A stretch of DNA of 64,000 nucleotides from Octopus sinensis. Its lineage: Eukaryota. The notes under the pieces are model-generated. The model was given only the letters and a program-made list of their open reading frames with translations. It was not told the DNA's origin and did not search any database. Below, piece after piece: positions 25,781 through 38,049 of the stretch. The stretch is taken from assembly GCF_006345805.1 (NCBI RefSeq), contig NC_042998.1:196664001-196728000 (forward strand). The letters run 5' to 3'. The position numbers and the translations under genes are program-made. Position 1 is the first letter of the stretch. Each line of letters opens with the position of its first letter.

Positions 25781-26621
25781 ACATATACATTCACTGATTT
25801 TTGAAAATAGAAATAATACATTTCTAAATCTCTCAGAGAGATTTATGCAGTAGCAGCATGATAAAGTGATAGTTTGTTGTCAACTTAATGTGACAGTCCC
25901 ATGAAAGGTGATATGATATGCTTGAGAAGACCTGTTGAGCCAAGTAAAACCAATATAGTATTGCAATACAGTTGATCAGGAAGCAAACACATCTTATAAA
26001 CATATTACTGATACTAGAGTGTTACCTGTAATATGACAGGTAACTCTAGAAGTATACTTTTGTGGCCATAGGTAAACAGTCACTTAATATTCTTTTCTGC
26101 TCTAGGCACAAGGCCTGAAATTTTGGGGGAGGGGGCCAGTTGATTAAATCGACCCCAGTATGCAATTGGTACTTAATTTATCGACCCCAAAAGGATGAAA
26201 GGCAAAGTTGGCCTCAGCAGAATTTGAACTCAGAACATAAAGACAGACAAAATGCCGCCAAGGATTTTGCCCGGCGTGCTAATATTTCTGCTAGCTCTCC
26301 ACCATTACAGTCACTTAATATTAAATATATATGAATGTACGTACACGCACACATACACTTTATATGTTCTTAAACTTGTCCTGCCACTAAGGCAAGAAAC
26401 AAAACAGAAGAATCCAAAAAGAAATTTACTATTATTTTTTGCTTTGGTCTGTCAGAGAATCAGCTCTTTAACTCGTCTGTTATGTAAAACTTACTTACAT
26501 TGCATTGTTAACATACTTTCAGTTTAGATATATGCAGCCTCTAAAATTTACTTGCTTTAAATTATTTTTATCAAACTTTTTCAGTTCTGTTAGTGCAAAT
26601 TCTAACCATTTTATATTCCAG

Positions 26622-26682
26622 CAAAAGCAGCACAAATTCCATCTGCAAGAAGTGTGCACACAATGTGAAAATATATGGAAAG
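26622..26682 (+). CDS. FAM76: FAM76 exon 3 (+KSSTNSICKKCAHNVKIYGK)
   Basis: ttccag| acceptor, |gtaatg donor; phase 2 to 0. Confidence 0.95.
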
Positions 26683-26739
26683 GTAATGTATTGCCACTGG
26701 CATTTTCAATTTTAGATTTCTTAATAATGCATGTCTGGC

Positions 26740-27237
26740 CCTGTTAAGAATATCCCTGATGTATTGAGCAATATGATATGCTTGAGAAGACCTGTTGAGC
26801 CAAGAAAAACCAATATTGTAGCTGTGACCAGTACCCTCTGACTGGCTCCCGTGCCAGTGGTACGTAAAAAGCACCAGCCAAACGTGGTCGATGCCAGGCC
26901 TGCCTGACTGGCTCCTGTCCCTGTGGCACGAAAAAGCACCATCTGAATGTGGCTGATGCCAATACCCCCTGACTGGCTCCCGTGTCGGTGGTCCGTAAAA
27001 GGCACTATCTGAATGTGGTCAATTCCAGGCCCGCCTGACTGGCTCCTGTCTGTGGCACGTGAAAAGCACCCACTATACTATTGGAGTGGTTGGCGTTGGG
27101 AAGGGCATCCAGCTGTAGAAACCTTGCCAGATCAGATTGGAGCCTGGTGTAGTCACAGGCTTTACCAGACCTCAGTCAAAGCGTCCAATCCATGCCAGCA
27201 TGGAAAACGGATGTTAAACAATGATGATGAGGATGAA
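26740..27237 (+). mobile_element. RTE 3' UTR copy
   Basis: gcttgagaagacctgttgagccaag start, tandem units, (GAT)n tail. Confidence 0.75.
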
Positions 27238-28309
27238 TAACGGTCACTCCCATCAGTTTCACTGTATGAGTATTTGAAGGAAAGGATTAAAAAAAAAAAC
27301 AATTAAAAATAAAAGAAGCTGCCTTTATTTGTGATGGATGCGTAAATGTGATTTGAGTCTAGGAATGGATTTTGCTATGAAGTCACAATGGGAAAACTGA
27401 TGAGTTTTGATCTTGCCTCGGATTGGACAAATATGTCTGTTGATTGCAGGATAGAATTCTTTTACTGTTCTGTTTGTTCAACTCAACTTGTTTAGATCAG
27501 AAGTTCTCTAACATTTTGGGCCACCGCCCCACCTCATGGCCACATAATGTCCCTCAGCGCCCCACCCCTATTTTTATGCATAAATAAATATTTTATAATC
27601 ATCATCATTGTCGTCGTTTAATGTCAGCTTTCCGTGCTGGCATGGGTTGGACGGTTTGACTGAGGACTGGTAGCTAGAAGGCTGCACCAGGCTCCAGTCT
27701 GATCTGGCAGAGTTTTTACAGCTGGATGACCTTCCTAACGGCAACCACTCCGAGAGTGTAGTGTGTGCTTTTTACGTGCCACTGGCTAATTTATATATAC
27801 TATGAATGTGAAGACGCGTGGCTTAGTGGTTCGGGCATTGGCTCACGATTGTAAGGTCGTCAGTTCAATTCCCTGTGATGCGTTGTGTCCTTGAGCAAGA
27901 CACTTTATTTCATATTGTTCCAGTCCACTCATATGGCAAAAATGAGAGTTGTAGCTGTTTTTCAAGGGGCCTGCCTTGTCACACTTTTATGTCGTGCTGA
28001 ATATCCCTGAGAACTACTTTAAGGCTACACTTACCTGTGGAGTGCTCAGCCACTTGCACGTTAATTTCACAAGCATGTATCAGTATCAGCTGGCACCCTC
28101 ATTGTCGTTGTAACTGACAGAGTTCTCCTATACTAGGAATCATTTGATATTTGATATAATATTATATAATTTGTATACAATACTATAATATAATAAATTC
28201 ATCGCATCCACTGCCTTCTTCGAACACCTCATTTTTCTCTGCTATTTGATTTCACTGATGCATCTAAGAAATAACCTTTAAATATTGGCTGTGTAAAGAA
28301 GTGTTACTG

Positions 28310-28905
28310 TCTAATTGTGAAGGGAACCTGTGGTAGACGTAGACCCAGGAAGACATGGAACGAGGTGGTGAAGCATGACCTTTGAACTTTGGGCCTCACA
28401 GAGGCAATGACTGGTGACCAAGACCTTTGGTGATGTGCTGTACTTGAGAAGACTTGTCAAGCCAAGTGAAATCATAGTCATGGCTGGTGTTGTGTAACTG
28501 GCACCTAAAAAGCACCTTTTGAGTGTTGGGCCTCATGGAAGCAAGGTGGCCAATGCCAGTGGCACATGAAAAGCACCTTTTGAGTGTTGGGCCTCACGGT
28601 GGCAATGACGAATGACCGAGACCTTTGGTATTATGTCATGCTTGAGAAGAAGACCCACCAAGCCAAGTGAAATCGCAGTCGTGACAGATACCAGTGTCAC
28701 ACAAATGGCACCTGTGCCACTGGCATATAAAAAGCCCCCATTACACTTTTGGAGTGGTTGGCGTTAGGAAAGGCATCCAGCCATAGGAACCATGCCAAAT
28801 CAGACTGGAGCCTGGTGCAGCCTTCCAGCTTGCCAGCCCTGGTCAAACCATCTCATCCATGCCAGCATGGACAATGGATGCTAAATGATGATGATGATGA
28901 TGATG
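28310..28905 (+). mobile_element. RTE LINE 3' end: ORF terminus plus complete UTR
   Basis: GTCGR.RPRKTWNEVVKHDL*TLGLTEAMTGDQDLW runs directly into the dominant repeat and (GAT)n tail. Confidence 0.85.
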
Positions 28906-29653
28906 ATTGAAGTTATTGCATCATTTTGTATAGTGCAGGTATGGCTGTGCGATGTAGAAGTTTGTTTTGGCAACCACTTGGGAAGAGGGTTTCTACTATA
29001 GCCATGAGCTGACCAATGCCTTTTTAGGGCATTCAGCTGACAACCATAAGGCCATGACTTCGATTCCCAGCAGCACGTTGTGTCCTTGAGCAAGATACTT
29101 CATTTCACATTGCTCCAATCCACTCAGCTGGCAAAAATGAGTTGTACTTGCTTCAAAGGGCCGGCCTTGTCACATTCTGTGTCATGCTGAATCTCCCTGA
29201 GAACTACGTTAAGGGTACATGTGTCTGTGGAGTGCTCAGCCACTTGCACGTTGATTTCCCGAGCAGACCGTTCCATTGATTGGATCAACTGGAACCTGTG
29301 CCGTTGTAACCGACCGAGTGTCAGTAGTTGATATTCCACACTTGTCTTTGCTTAAACAAAGTGTGGATGCTGATGTTGATGGTCTTCATCAACATCATGT
29401 TACTCTGCACTTTTAAAGATCTGTGAAATTAAGAAACCCCTTCAAAAATAGATTAGGAGGTCGGTGACAGAAAGAGCATCCTTGATGTCAAACCTTGCTT
29501 CAAAACCCATCCTTGTAATGAATTTCAAAAGAGGGGCAAGCAAATTACACATTTTATTTCAAGATGTAGAAACTATTTCTAATTATCTTAGGCTCATATC
29601 TTAATTAATTATGCCATCAATTAAATTTGAAAGCTAAATTATATTTAATGACT

Positions 29654-29888
29654 ATTATAGGCGGTGAGCTGGCAGAAACGTTAGCGCGCCGGGCGAAATG
29701 CGTAGCCGTATTTCGACTGCCGCTACGTTCTGAGTTCAAATTCCGCCGAGGTCGACTTTGCCTTTCATCCTCTTGGGTCGATAACTAAAGTACCAGTTTC
29801 GCACTGGGTCGATGTAATCGACTTAATCCCTTTGTCTGCCCTTGTTTGTCCCCTCTATGTTTAGCCCCTTGAGGGCAGTAAAGAAATA
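29654..29888 (+). mobile_element. Full-length SINE family A
   Basis: ggcggtgagctggcagaa head; 14-bp TSD tatatttaatgact (29640-29653 / 29889-29902). Confidence 0.9.
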
Positions 29889-29935
29889 TATATTTAATGA
29901 CTTTGAGAGTTTTTTTTTCATTTTCTTTTTAATAA

Positions 29936-30154
<219 letters not shown>

Positions 30155-30188
30155 TGAAAAATGAAGCTTTTTAATGGTTCTGATCATG

Positions 30189-30989
30189 TCTTTATATATA
30201 AAAGTAAGGTTGTGTGTCTGTCTCCTACGATTTAGATTCCTAACTACTCCCACATTTTGCGGTGCAGTTTAACCAAAACCGGGTATCTTATAGTCGGGAT
30301 TCATATCGAGCCCTTCTGGGTATTAGCGCGCGTCTACGATGAGTCTACAATTTAAAAAAAATTTTTCCATAATTTTTTCCCATTTTTAATGCATTTTTTT
30401 GCTATTATATAAGGGAGGTAACTCTCTAAAAATGTATTATTAAATCTCAGAATGTAAAAAGCTACAGTAATACCCCCCTTTGTGGTTAGCCATATTGAGA
30501 TGGCTATTATACTTTACATCTCTAAAAATGCTTATATAGTTATTTCCCTTACAAACCTGAGCAACGCCGGGCGATACTGCTAGTCTTTATATATAAAAGT
30601 GAAGTTGTGTGAGTGTCTGTCTCCTACGAGTTAGATTCCTAACTACTCCCACATTTTGCGGTGCAGTGTAACCAAAACCGGGTATCTTATAGTCGTGATT
30701 CATATCGAGCCCTTCTGGGTATTAGCGTGCGTCTACGATGAGTCTACGATTTAAAAAAAAATTTTCCATCATTTTTTTTTTCTATTTTAATGCACTTTTT
30801 TCGCTATTATATAAGGGAAGTAACTCTCTAAAAATGTCTACGATGAGTCAACGATTTAAAAAAAAATTTACCATCATTTTTTTCCCATTTTTAATGCATT
30901 TTTTTGCTATTTTTTGGCTATAACTCTCTAAAAATGCTTACATAGTTATTTCCCTTACAAACCCGAGCAACGCCGGGCGATACTGCTAG
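30189..30989 (+). mobile_element. Head-to-tail Helitron dimer (30189-30583, 30584-30989)
   Basis: TCtttatatataaaag ... gagcaacgccgggcgatactgCTAG twice; junction CTAG|TC. Confidence 0.85.
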
Positions 30990-31441
30990 TTTTTTCCTAT
31001 AGAATAACAGCCTTGTTAATTATTAACTCAAACAAGTTTTCATTCTGTTTGTGTGTTTTTATATTCTTTGGTTCAAAAATGGTGTTAGGAATAAGCATTG
31101 TGTCATCTAGAACTCTGGTCTACAAACATTACAGCTTAACAATGGAGTTTCCTTGTGGCCCCTTGTTGTAGCTAGATAAAGGATTTCGATGCTGGCATAC
31201 AAACAGTGTCATTGTTTACAATCTGCTTTGAAAACATGTCTGGGCATTGAACTGTTTGAAGGACAAGGAGAAGTATTACCTTACTAAGCAGGTGAGGGTT
31301 GGCAGCAGGAAAAGCATCCAGCCATAAAAAAAAATCCTGACTTATGCCTGTGTTGATAATAGGAAGTTAAATGACAGTAATGATGAATATACTGTCAATT
31401 AGATTATAAAATAATTACAATTTAAACTGGTTCATAAAGCA

Positions 31442-31477
<36 letters not shown>

Positions 31478-32619
31478 GTTATTAATGTATTAAGGTAGTG
31501 TTTGAAACACAAATCTCTAACCATAACCTTTATCTCTAAGCTAATCCTTTTGCAAATAAATTCAGTGAATTTTAAAATAATCTGAATTCTGTGTTGTGTT
31601 CTGGGTGCACTTTATTTGTGGCACCCGCACTAGAGTTGTTGTCTTGCTTTCAGCAAGACAAAAGAATCCTCTCCACCTTGCAAATGTGTGTGTATTGTAT
31701 ACACTCATACAGATAGAGAGAGTGAGAACTAGGAAGTCTCTACCAGGTCTCTTTACCTGTTGGAAACAACAGCCAAATCTCCTTCATGTCACACCGTACC
31801 ACCTTAAAATAGGAAAAAAGCACATTGGATAATGTAGTCCCAGATACACTGTACCTGAAATTAAAAACATTATGACCATGGCTGGAATATCTTTGATCAT
31901 GGGTCTGCTTGATCAGGGTTGATGTGAAAGTTAAACAGCAACGTATGTGGCTAAACAAAAGATAATCTCTTGGCTGTTTGGTAAGAAAGTCATCTGCTCT
32001 TCATAGATTAAAACATTCACCAAGAATAATCATCATTTGATGTCTGTCTTCCATGCTGACTTGGATTGGATGGTTTGACAGGATCTGATGGGCTGGAGCA
32101 TTACTTGGAACCCCGGTGTCTGATTTGGCATGGTTTCTATAGCCGGATGCCTGTCCTAATTCCAACCACTTTACAGAGTGTACTGGGTGCATTTTCCATG
32201 GCACCAGCGCTAGTGAGGTCATCAGGTAACTCTCAAGATAAAAAAACCCTCAACTAAAGGGCTTGTTATTGAGAGGAAGGTGGATTTATGCCAAGAATTG
32301 TGAGGCTAAATTAGGGTAAAAAGACAAGTACGGGTGTCTTGCTGTAGAAGAAATACATGAAATGTGCTAAACCTTTCTACTAAAGGTACAAGGCCTGAAA
32401 TTTGGGCGGGGTAGGACTAGCTGATTACATTGACCCCAGTGTTCAACTGGTACTTAATTTATCGACCCTGAGAGGACAAAAGGCAAAGTCGACCTCGGCA
32501 GAATTTGAACTCAGAACGTACCGACAAGCGAAATATTGTTAGGCATTTTGCCAGACGTGCTAATGATTCATTCAGCTTGCTGCCTTAAAATTTGTCAAAT
32601 AAAGATATAATCGTGACGT

Positions 32620-32870
32620 ATATTTGCCATTTGAATATGGCTAACCCCTAAGGGTAGATGCTACTGTAGTTTGTAGCCCCAGGAAGACACCTCCTCCAGC
32701 TGGCTATAGACACACTTTCTGTGCCCTATCAGTATTTGTGAAGGGAAGTCATCCTTCCGTCTTCAACTTATGATACACACGGACTCGAGTTTCAAGGTAT
32801 TGACCTATGATCGGCGTGTGACAATCATAGTTGTCGACGAGAAGTCGGCTCCCTTCACAAATACATATAC
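32620..32870 (-). mobile_element. Second ORF-less Penelope/retrozyme-like element
   Basis: Rod-like nested inverted repeats (gtatttgtgaaggga / tcccttcacaaatac; caactatgat / atcataagttg) around a hammerhead motif. Confidence 0.6.
32776..32820 (-). ncRNA. Degenerate minimal hammerhead ribozyme motif
   Basis: CACACG CCGATCA T AGGT caat ACCT T GAAA C TCGA GTC CGTGTG: all three stems intact, stem III palindrome ACTCGAGT; the core has two substitutions versus CTGANGA. Confidence 0.65.
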
Positions 32871-33133
32871 TTTTTCCAGTATCGATTGACACTGATATTG
32901 AAAAAGTGAAATCAAACAATGATAAATCTCAGAGCGAATGCTTTGCCTTTACGAATAAAACAAGATTTTGTTAGAGTAGTTTGGTTTAAATTGAGATGAA
33001 TTCTCTACTGCATGCTAGTTTCCTGATACTGGTGGATTGAGAATAACTTGTGTGAGTTGTTGATTTATTATTCTGACCGAACCTTTGTAAAGACAAATAA
33101 TAATGCTGTGATTTGTTTTGCTTTGTCTGACAG

Positions 33134-33921
33134 GTTGATGGGAAACTGTTATGCTGGCTTTGCACTCAAGCGTATAAAAGAGTCCTGGCCAAAACTCGAC
33201 ACAGGCAGGAGGAAGCGAGACAAAGCATGGCCAGTCGCTGGGGGAACTTCGAAGGCTCTAACAGCAGCAGCAGCAGCAACAACAACAACTCTTCACGCAA
33301 AACCGGCAGCATGTTGGACAAGAATAAGGACAGCGGAATAATGTTTAACCAACACAAAGAAACCAGTCACGATAAAAACAAAGAAAAGAGTAAAGAGCAC
33401 GTTGGTTTGTTTGAGAAAAGTGCAAAAGACTTCACGAGTATCTTTGAGAAGAACAAAGATTACAACAGTGCATTTGACAAAGCTAAAGAAATAGGTCCAA
33501 ATATGGAGAAAAATAAAGAACACAGTAGTGAGAAGGGTAAAGAACATTGGGGCGTGTTCGACCGAAGCAAAGAGGGCGGCCGATCCTTTGATAAAATGAT
33601 GAAGGAAAAATCTCGCGAACATACAAAAAAGGGCTTTGACATGGCAAAGGATAAGTCCAAGGTACACTCCAAAAAAGTCCATCGGAGTCGGTTTACTTCC
33701 GGCGATGAACCAAGCAGTATGTACGAAGGGAGTCCAGATGGTGCGGAGGGCAGCGTGGGTAGCCACAAGGAAGGGAGCAGTGGCAGTGGCCACAAGGATC
33801 ATCATCATCATAAAACTCACAAAGAACATCATCATCATCACAAGTCCCACAAGACCACACCGAAAGAGGATTTGAAAGAGTTACATCATAATTCTCACAA
33901 GAACAAATCTTTGAACAGCAT
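33134..33921 (+). CDS. FAM76: FAM76 exon 5 (VDGKLLCWLCTQAYKRVLAKT... K/E/S/H-rich expansion ...SLNS+)
   Basis: gacag| acceptor, |gtaagt donor; open over 788 nt; phase 0 to 2. Confidence 0.93.
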
Positions 33922-34164
33922 GTAAGTATCTTTTGCTTCCATATTTCCCGTACATGTCTGAATACGAGACACAAATAGCTTTGAATGCCTGAATTCTATT
34001 CATAACCATCATCATCATCATCGTCGTTGTCGTTGTTTAACATCCGCTTTCCATGCTGGTATGGGTGGGACGGTTTGACTGAGTGCTGGCAATCCAGAAG
34101 GCTGCACTAGGCTCCAATCTGATCTGGCAGAGTTCTACAGCTGGATGCCCTTCCTAACGCCAAC

Positions 34165-34280
34165 CAGTACTTATTCTGTCGGTCTCTTTTGCCGAACCGC
34201 TAAGTGACAGGGATGTAAACACACCTGCATCGGTTGTCAAGCAATGCTAGAGGGACAAACACAGACACACAAACACACAC

Positions 34281-34324
<44 letters not shown>

Positions 34325-34445
34325 GACGGGCTTCTTTCAGTTTCCGTCTACCAAATCCACTCACAAGGCTTTGGTTGGCCCGAGGCTATAGTAGAAGACA
34401 CTTGCCCAAGATGCCACGCAGTGGGACTGAACCCGGAACCATGTT
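34165..34445 (-). mobile_element. SINE family B fragment fused to a UTR repeat (34005-34165)
   Basis: Abrupt switch at gccaacca|gtacttattc. Confidence 0.7.
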
Positions 34446-34699
34446 GTTTGTAATTCGTAGAAGTCTGTTTTCTATATGTTTGCTTACATTCTTGAGTGTG
34501 GTGGTGGTTGGTTGATGTTCCCATAGCATGACTAGTTACAAATGAGTGGTGGATTTGGTCGGTGTTAGTTTGAGTCTTGCAGTAGAGCCTGGATTCTGGT
34601 TGGTTGGTGTAGAGTTGAAGAGGTTGTGCTGTAACCGTTGGAAGAGATGACTGCAGTGTCATCTGTTTATGAGGCTTTGTGTTGGCTGAACAGTTCGAT

Positions 34700-35097
34700 C
34701 TTTTATGGGCAAGTGAAATCGGAATCGAAATTGAACCAATTCTATGACTGGTACCCGGCAGATGCCAGAACCCCTGGACTGGTGGTACATAAAAAGCACT
34801 ATCCGAATCGTGGCCGATGCCAGCGCCGCCTTGACTGACTTCCGTGCCGGTGGCATGTAAAATGCACCAATCCAACCGTGGCCGTTGCCAGCCTCACCTG
34901 GCACCTGTGCGGGTGGCACGTAAAAAGCACCCACTACACTCACGGAGTGGTTGGCGTTAGGAAGGGCATCCAGCTGTAGAAACATTGCCAGATAAGACTG
35001 GAGCCTGGTGCAGCCTTCAGGCTTCCCAGATCCCCGGTCGAACCGTCCAACCCATGCTAGCATGAAGAACGGACGTTAAACGATGATGATGATGATT
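34700..35097 (+). mobile_element. RTE 3' UTR copy
   Basis: Core plus (GAT)n tail; inverted partners at 34005 and 35990-36420. Confidence 0.75.
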
Positions 35098-35144
35098 CAA
35101 GAAATTATAAATTCTGGGATGTTTTGCTTTTGTATACTCTATAC

Positions 35145-35783
35145 CAGTGGTTCCCAACCTGGGGTCTGCAGACCCCTGGTGGCCTGCAAAGGTAGTACTG
35201 GGGGTCTGCGAACTAAATTCAAAATTTCATATATATATATCAGGCACGTACTGTCAATAATTACTCAGGGTAGGCAGTTGGTGACCTTTGCGTAGTAAAA
35301 TACACAAAAAATAAGTGAAACACAGACACACAACCAAGTTGAAGGCAGATTTACTTCTGCCTTTATAGCACATAAAGAAAACGGTGTTGTAGGAGTGTAC
35401 GCAGCATGTGTGCTACAGCAGTTCTATGCATAGCTTTAATACTGAGATTGAAAAGCAGGGGCGAATTATGCCTACCTAATCTACAAAAAAATAAAATATT
35501 TTGCATTTTATACATAGTAATCAAAGTAACTTTAATAATTTTATTACATTAGGTGCATATTTTGCTATAAAAGGAAAATATGGCTATCAATCTATTTTAT
35601 TCTAGATAGAGACTGCCTACCTAGGTGGCACATCCCTGATATATATATATATGTATGTATGTATGTGTGTGTGTATGTACATAAGGATATTCCTATTAAA
35701 AGGGGTCTGAGGGAAAACTCATTTAAATGATAGGTTTGGGGGACCACTTTGGAGAACCACTGTGGAAAGGTTGGGAACCACTG
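35145..35783. mobile_element. hAT-type MITE (639 bp)
   Basis: 15-bp TIR CAGTGGTTCCCAACC / GGTTGGGAACCACTG; flanks ctctatac / ctgtatag (6 of 8 match). Confidence 0.75.
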
Positions 35784-36717
35784 CTGTATAGGCTTGAAGA
35801 AGGTGCATGGCTTAGTGGCCAAGGTATTTGGCTAACAATCATGAGTTCAATTCCCAGCAGTGTATTGTGTCCTTGAGCAAGACGCTTTGTTTCACAATGT
35901 CCCACTCCACTCAGCTCACAAAAATGCGTTGTACCGGTAATTGGAAAGGGGCCAGCCTTGTCACATTCTGTGTCGTGCTGAACTACATAATCATCATGAA
36001 CATCATCATCATCATCGTTTAACGTCTGCTTTCCATGCTAGCATGGGTTGGACGATTTGACTGAGGGCTGGTGAACCAGATGGCTGCACCAGGCTTCAGT
36101 CTTGATCTGGCAGAGTTTCTACAGCTGGATGCCCTTCCTAATGCCAACCACTCCGAGAGTGTAGTGGGTGCTTTTATGTGTCACCAGCACGGGGGCCAGT
36201 CAGGCAGTACTGGCAACGACCTCGCTCGAATCTTTTTACACGTGCGACCAGCACAGGTGCCAGTAAGGTGACGTTGGTAACGATCACGCTTGAATGGTGC
36301 CCTTTTACATGCCACCGGCACGGGGACCAGTCAGGCAGTACTGGCAATGACCTCGCTCGAATCTTTTTACACATGCCACCGGCACAGGTGCCAGTAAGGT
36401 GACGTTGGTAACGATGGCGTCATCGTTAATTCTACAAACAGGCTGTTACATCGGATCAACTGGAACCCTTGTCGTCATAAGGCTTGATTGCAAGAGGGAG
36501 AGAGACTTTTCGCAGCTTGCATTTTGTGCTGATTTCTTTAGAAAGTCCTTAGTATTTTGTGTGCAAATGTGTAGCGGTGGGTGTGGCTGAAAGTTTTGCT
36601 TATATTGGTGGTAGTTAGGTGGTACCCGAGTACTGTTGTGGGTGGTGATGCACCAGTTAAACTGTGGTGTCCCTTTTATATTTTCTGCTTTTAACTGTAT
36701 TTTGCTGCTTTCTCCAG

Positions 36718-36795
36718 ACTAATGGACCACAGTCCCCCAACCAAAAAGTCCAAAATTGAGAAAAGCACAAGTAATGGCCTATCAAGCAGCAAAAG
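36718..36795 (+). CDS. FAM76: FAM76 exon 6 (+LMDHSPPTKKSKIEKSTSNGLSSSK+)
   Basis: ctccag| acceptor, |gtacgt donor; PxKKxKxE..SNG motif as in FAM76; phase 2 to 2. Confidence 0.88.
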
Positions 36796-37131
36796 GTACG
36801 TATCGTATGTCTTTTTTCTTTTCTTTTCTTAAAATACTCGGCTGAGGACATGCGTAGGCTTGAAAGAAAGGAAGCTAGTATGATCCACTGGATGTGTAAT
36901 GTCAGTGTGTATACACGATAGCGTGTGAGTGCCCTGAGAAAAACGTTAGCACGCTGAGCAAAATGCTTAGCGGTATTTCGTCTGCCGCTATATTCTGAGT
37001 TCAAATTCCGCTGAGGTCAACTTCGCTTTTCTTCCTTTCGGGGTCAATACCAGTGTTGCATGTCCAGCCCATTTTAAAGTACCCTTGATGCATCAGGCAA
37101 TGTGATGTGCTTGAGAAGACCTGTTGAGTCA

Positions 37132-37950
37132 ATCATCATCATCATCATCATCGTTTAGCATCTGCTTTCCATGCTAGCATGGGTTGGACGGTTCAACTGG
37201 GGTCTGGGAAGCCAGAAGGCTGCACCAGGCCCAGTTTGATCTAGCAATGTTTCTACGGCTGGATGCCCTTCCTAACGCCAACCACTCCATGAGTGTAGTG
37301 GGTGCTTTTTACGTGCCACCAGCACAGGTGCCAGACGAGTCTGGCAAACGGCCACGATCGGATGGTGCTTTTTATGTGCCACCGGCACGGGGGCCAGGTG
37401 AGGCTGGCAACGGCCACGAACAGATGATGCTTTTTACGTGCCACTGGCACGGGGGCCAGGCGAGGCTGGCAACGGCCACGAACGGATGGTGCTTTCAAGT
37501 AAAACCAAAATTGTAGCTGTTGCCAGTGGCCCTGACTGGCTCCTGTTCCGGTGGCACATAAAAAGCATTATCTAAACATGATTGATGCCAGTACTGCCTG
37601 ACTGGCTCCCGTGTTGTTGACATGTAAAAAGCACCCACTACACTCTTGGAGTGGTTGGCGTTAGGAAGGCATCCAGCTGTAGAAACATTGCCAGATCAGA
37701 GTGGAGCCTGGTGCAGTTGCTGGTTCTTCAGATCTCAGTCAAACCACCCAATCCATGCCAGCATGGATTGGACGGTTTGACTGGGGACTGGCAAGCCCCC
37801 ACTCTTACATTCGCCAAAACAAAAGCAGCCAGTCCATTGTGTTGGAAACAATGTCAAAGCACGCATTGTCTCACTACAGTTATCTGACTTGTTCTCTCCT
37901 GTCAAACCATCCAAACTAGCATCAAAGACAGATATTGATGATGATGATGA
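37132..37950. mobile_element. Head-to-head RTE 3' UTR copies with a foldback at the tail palindrome
   Basis: - copy 37132-37500, + copy 37500-37760, hairpin 37734-37785. Confidence 0.7.
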
Positions 37951-38049
37951 ATGCAAGTCATTATTACTTGCATTGCAAATTATATCTCAGGTGTCGCTAA
38001 TTTGGAGTGCCATCTTTCTGCTGTTGAAATCACATCTTACAACATGGAC

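Noticed and set aside
27395-27450. Hammerhead at ctgatgag
   Set aside because: No downstream GAAA or paired stems.
31175-31250. Additional hammerhead in a relative of the 25565 element
   Set aside because: Only a stem II-like hairpin plus GAAA remain; the core and stem I are not recognisable.
33293-33850. 185-aa minus-strand ORF
   Set aside because: Antisense shadow of FAM76 exon 5, caused by its codon bias.
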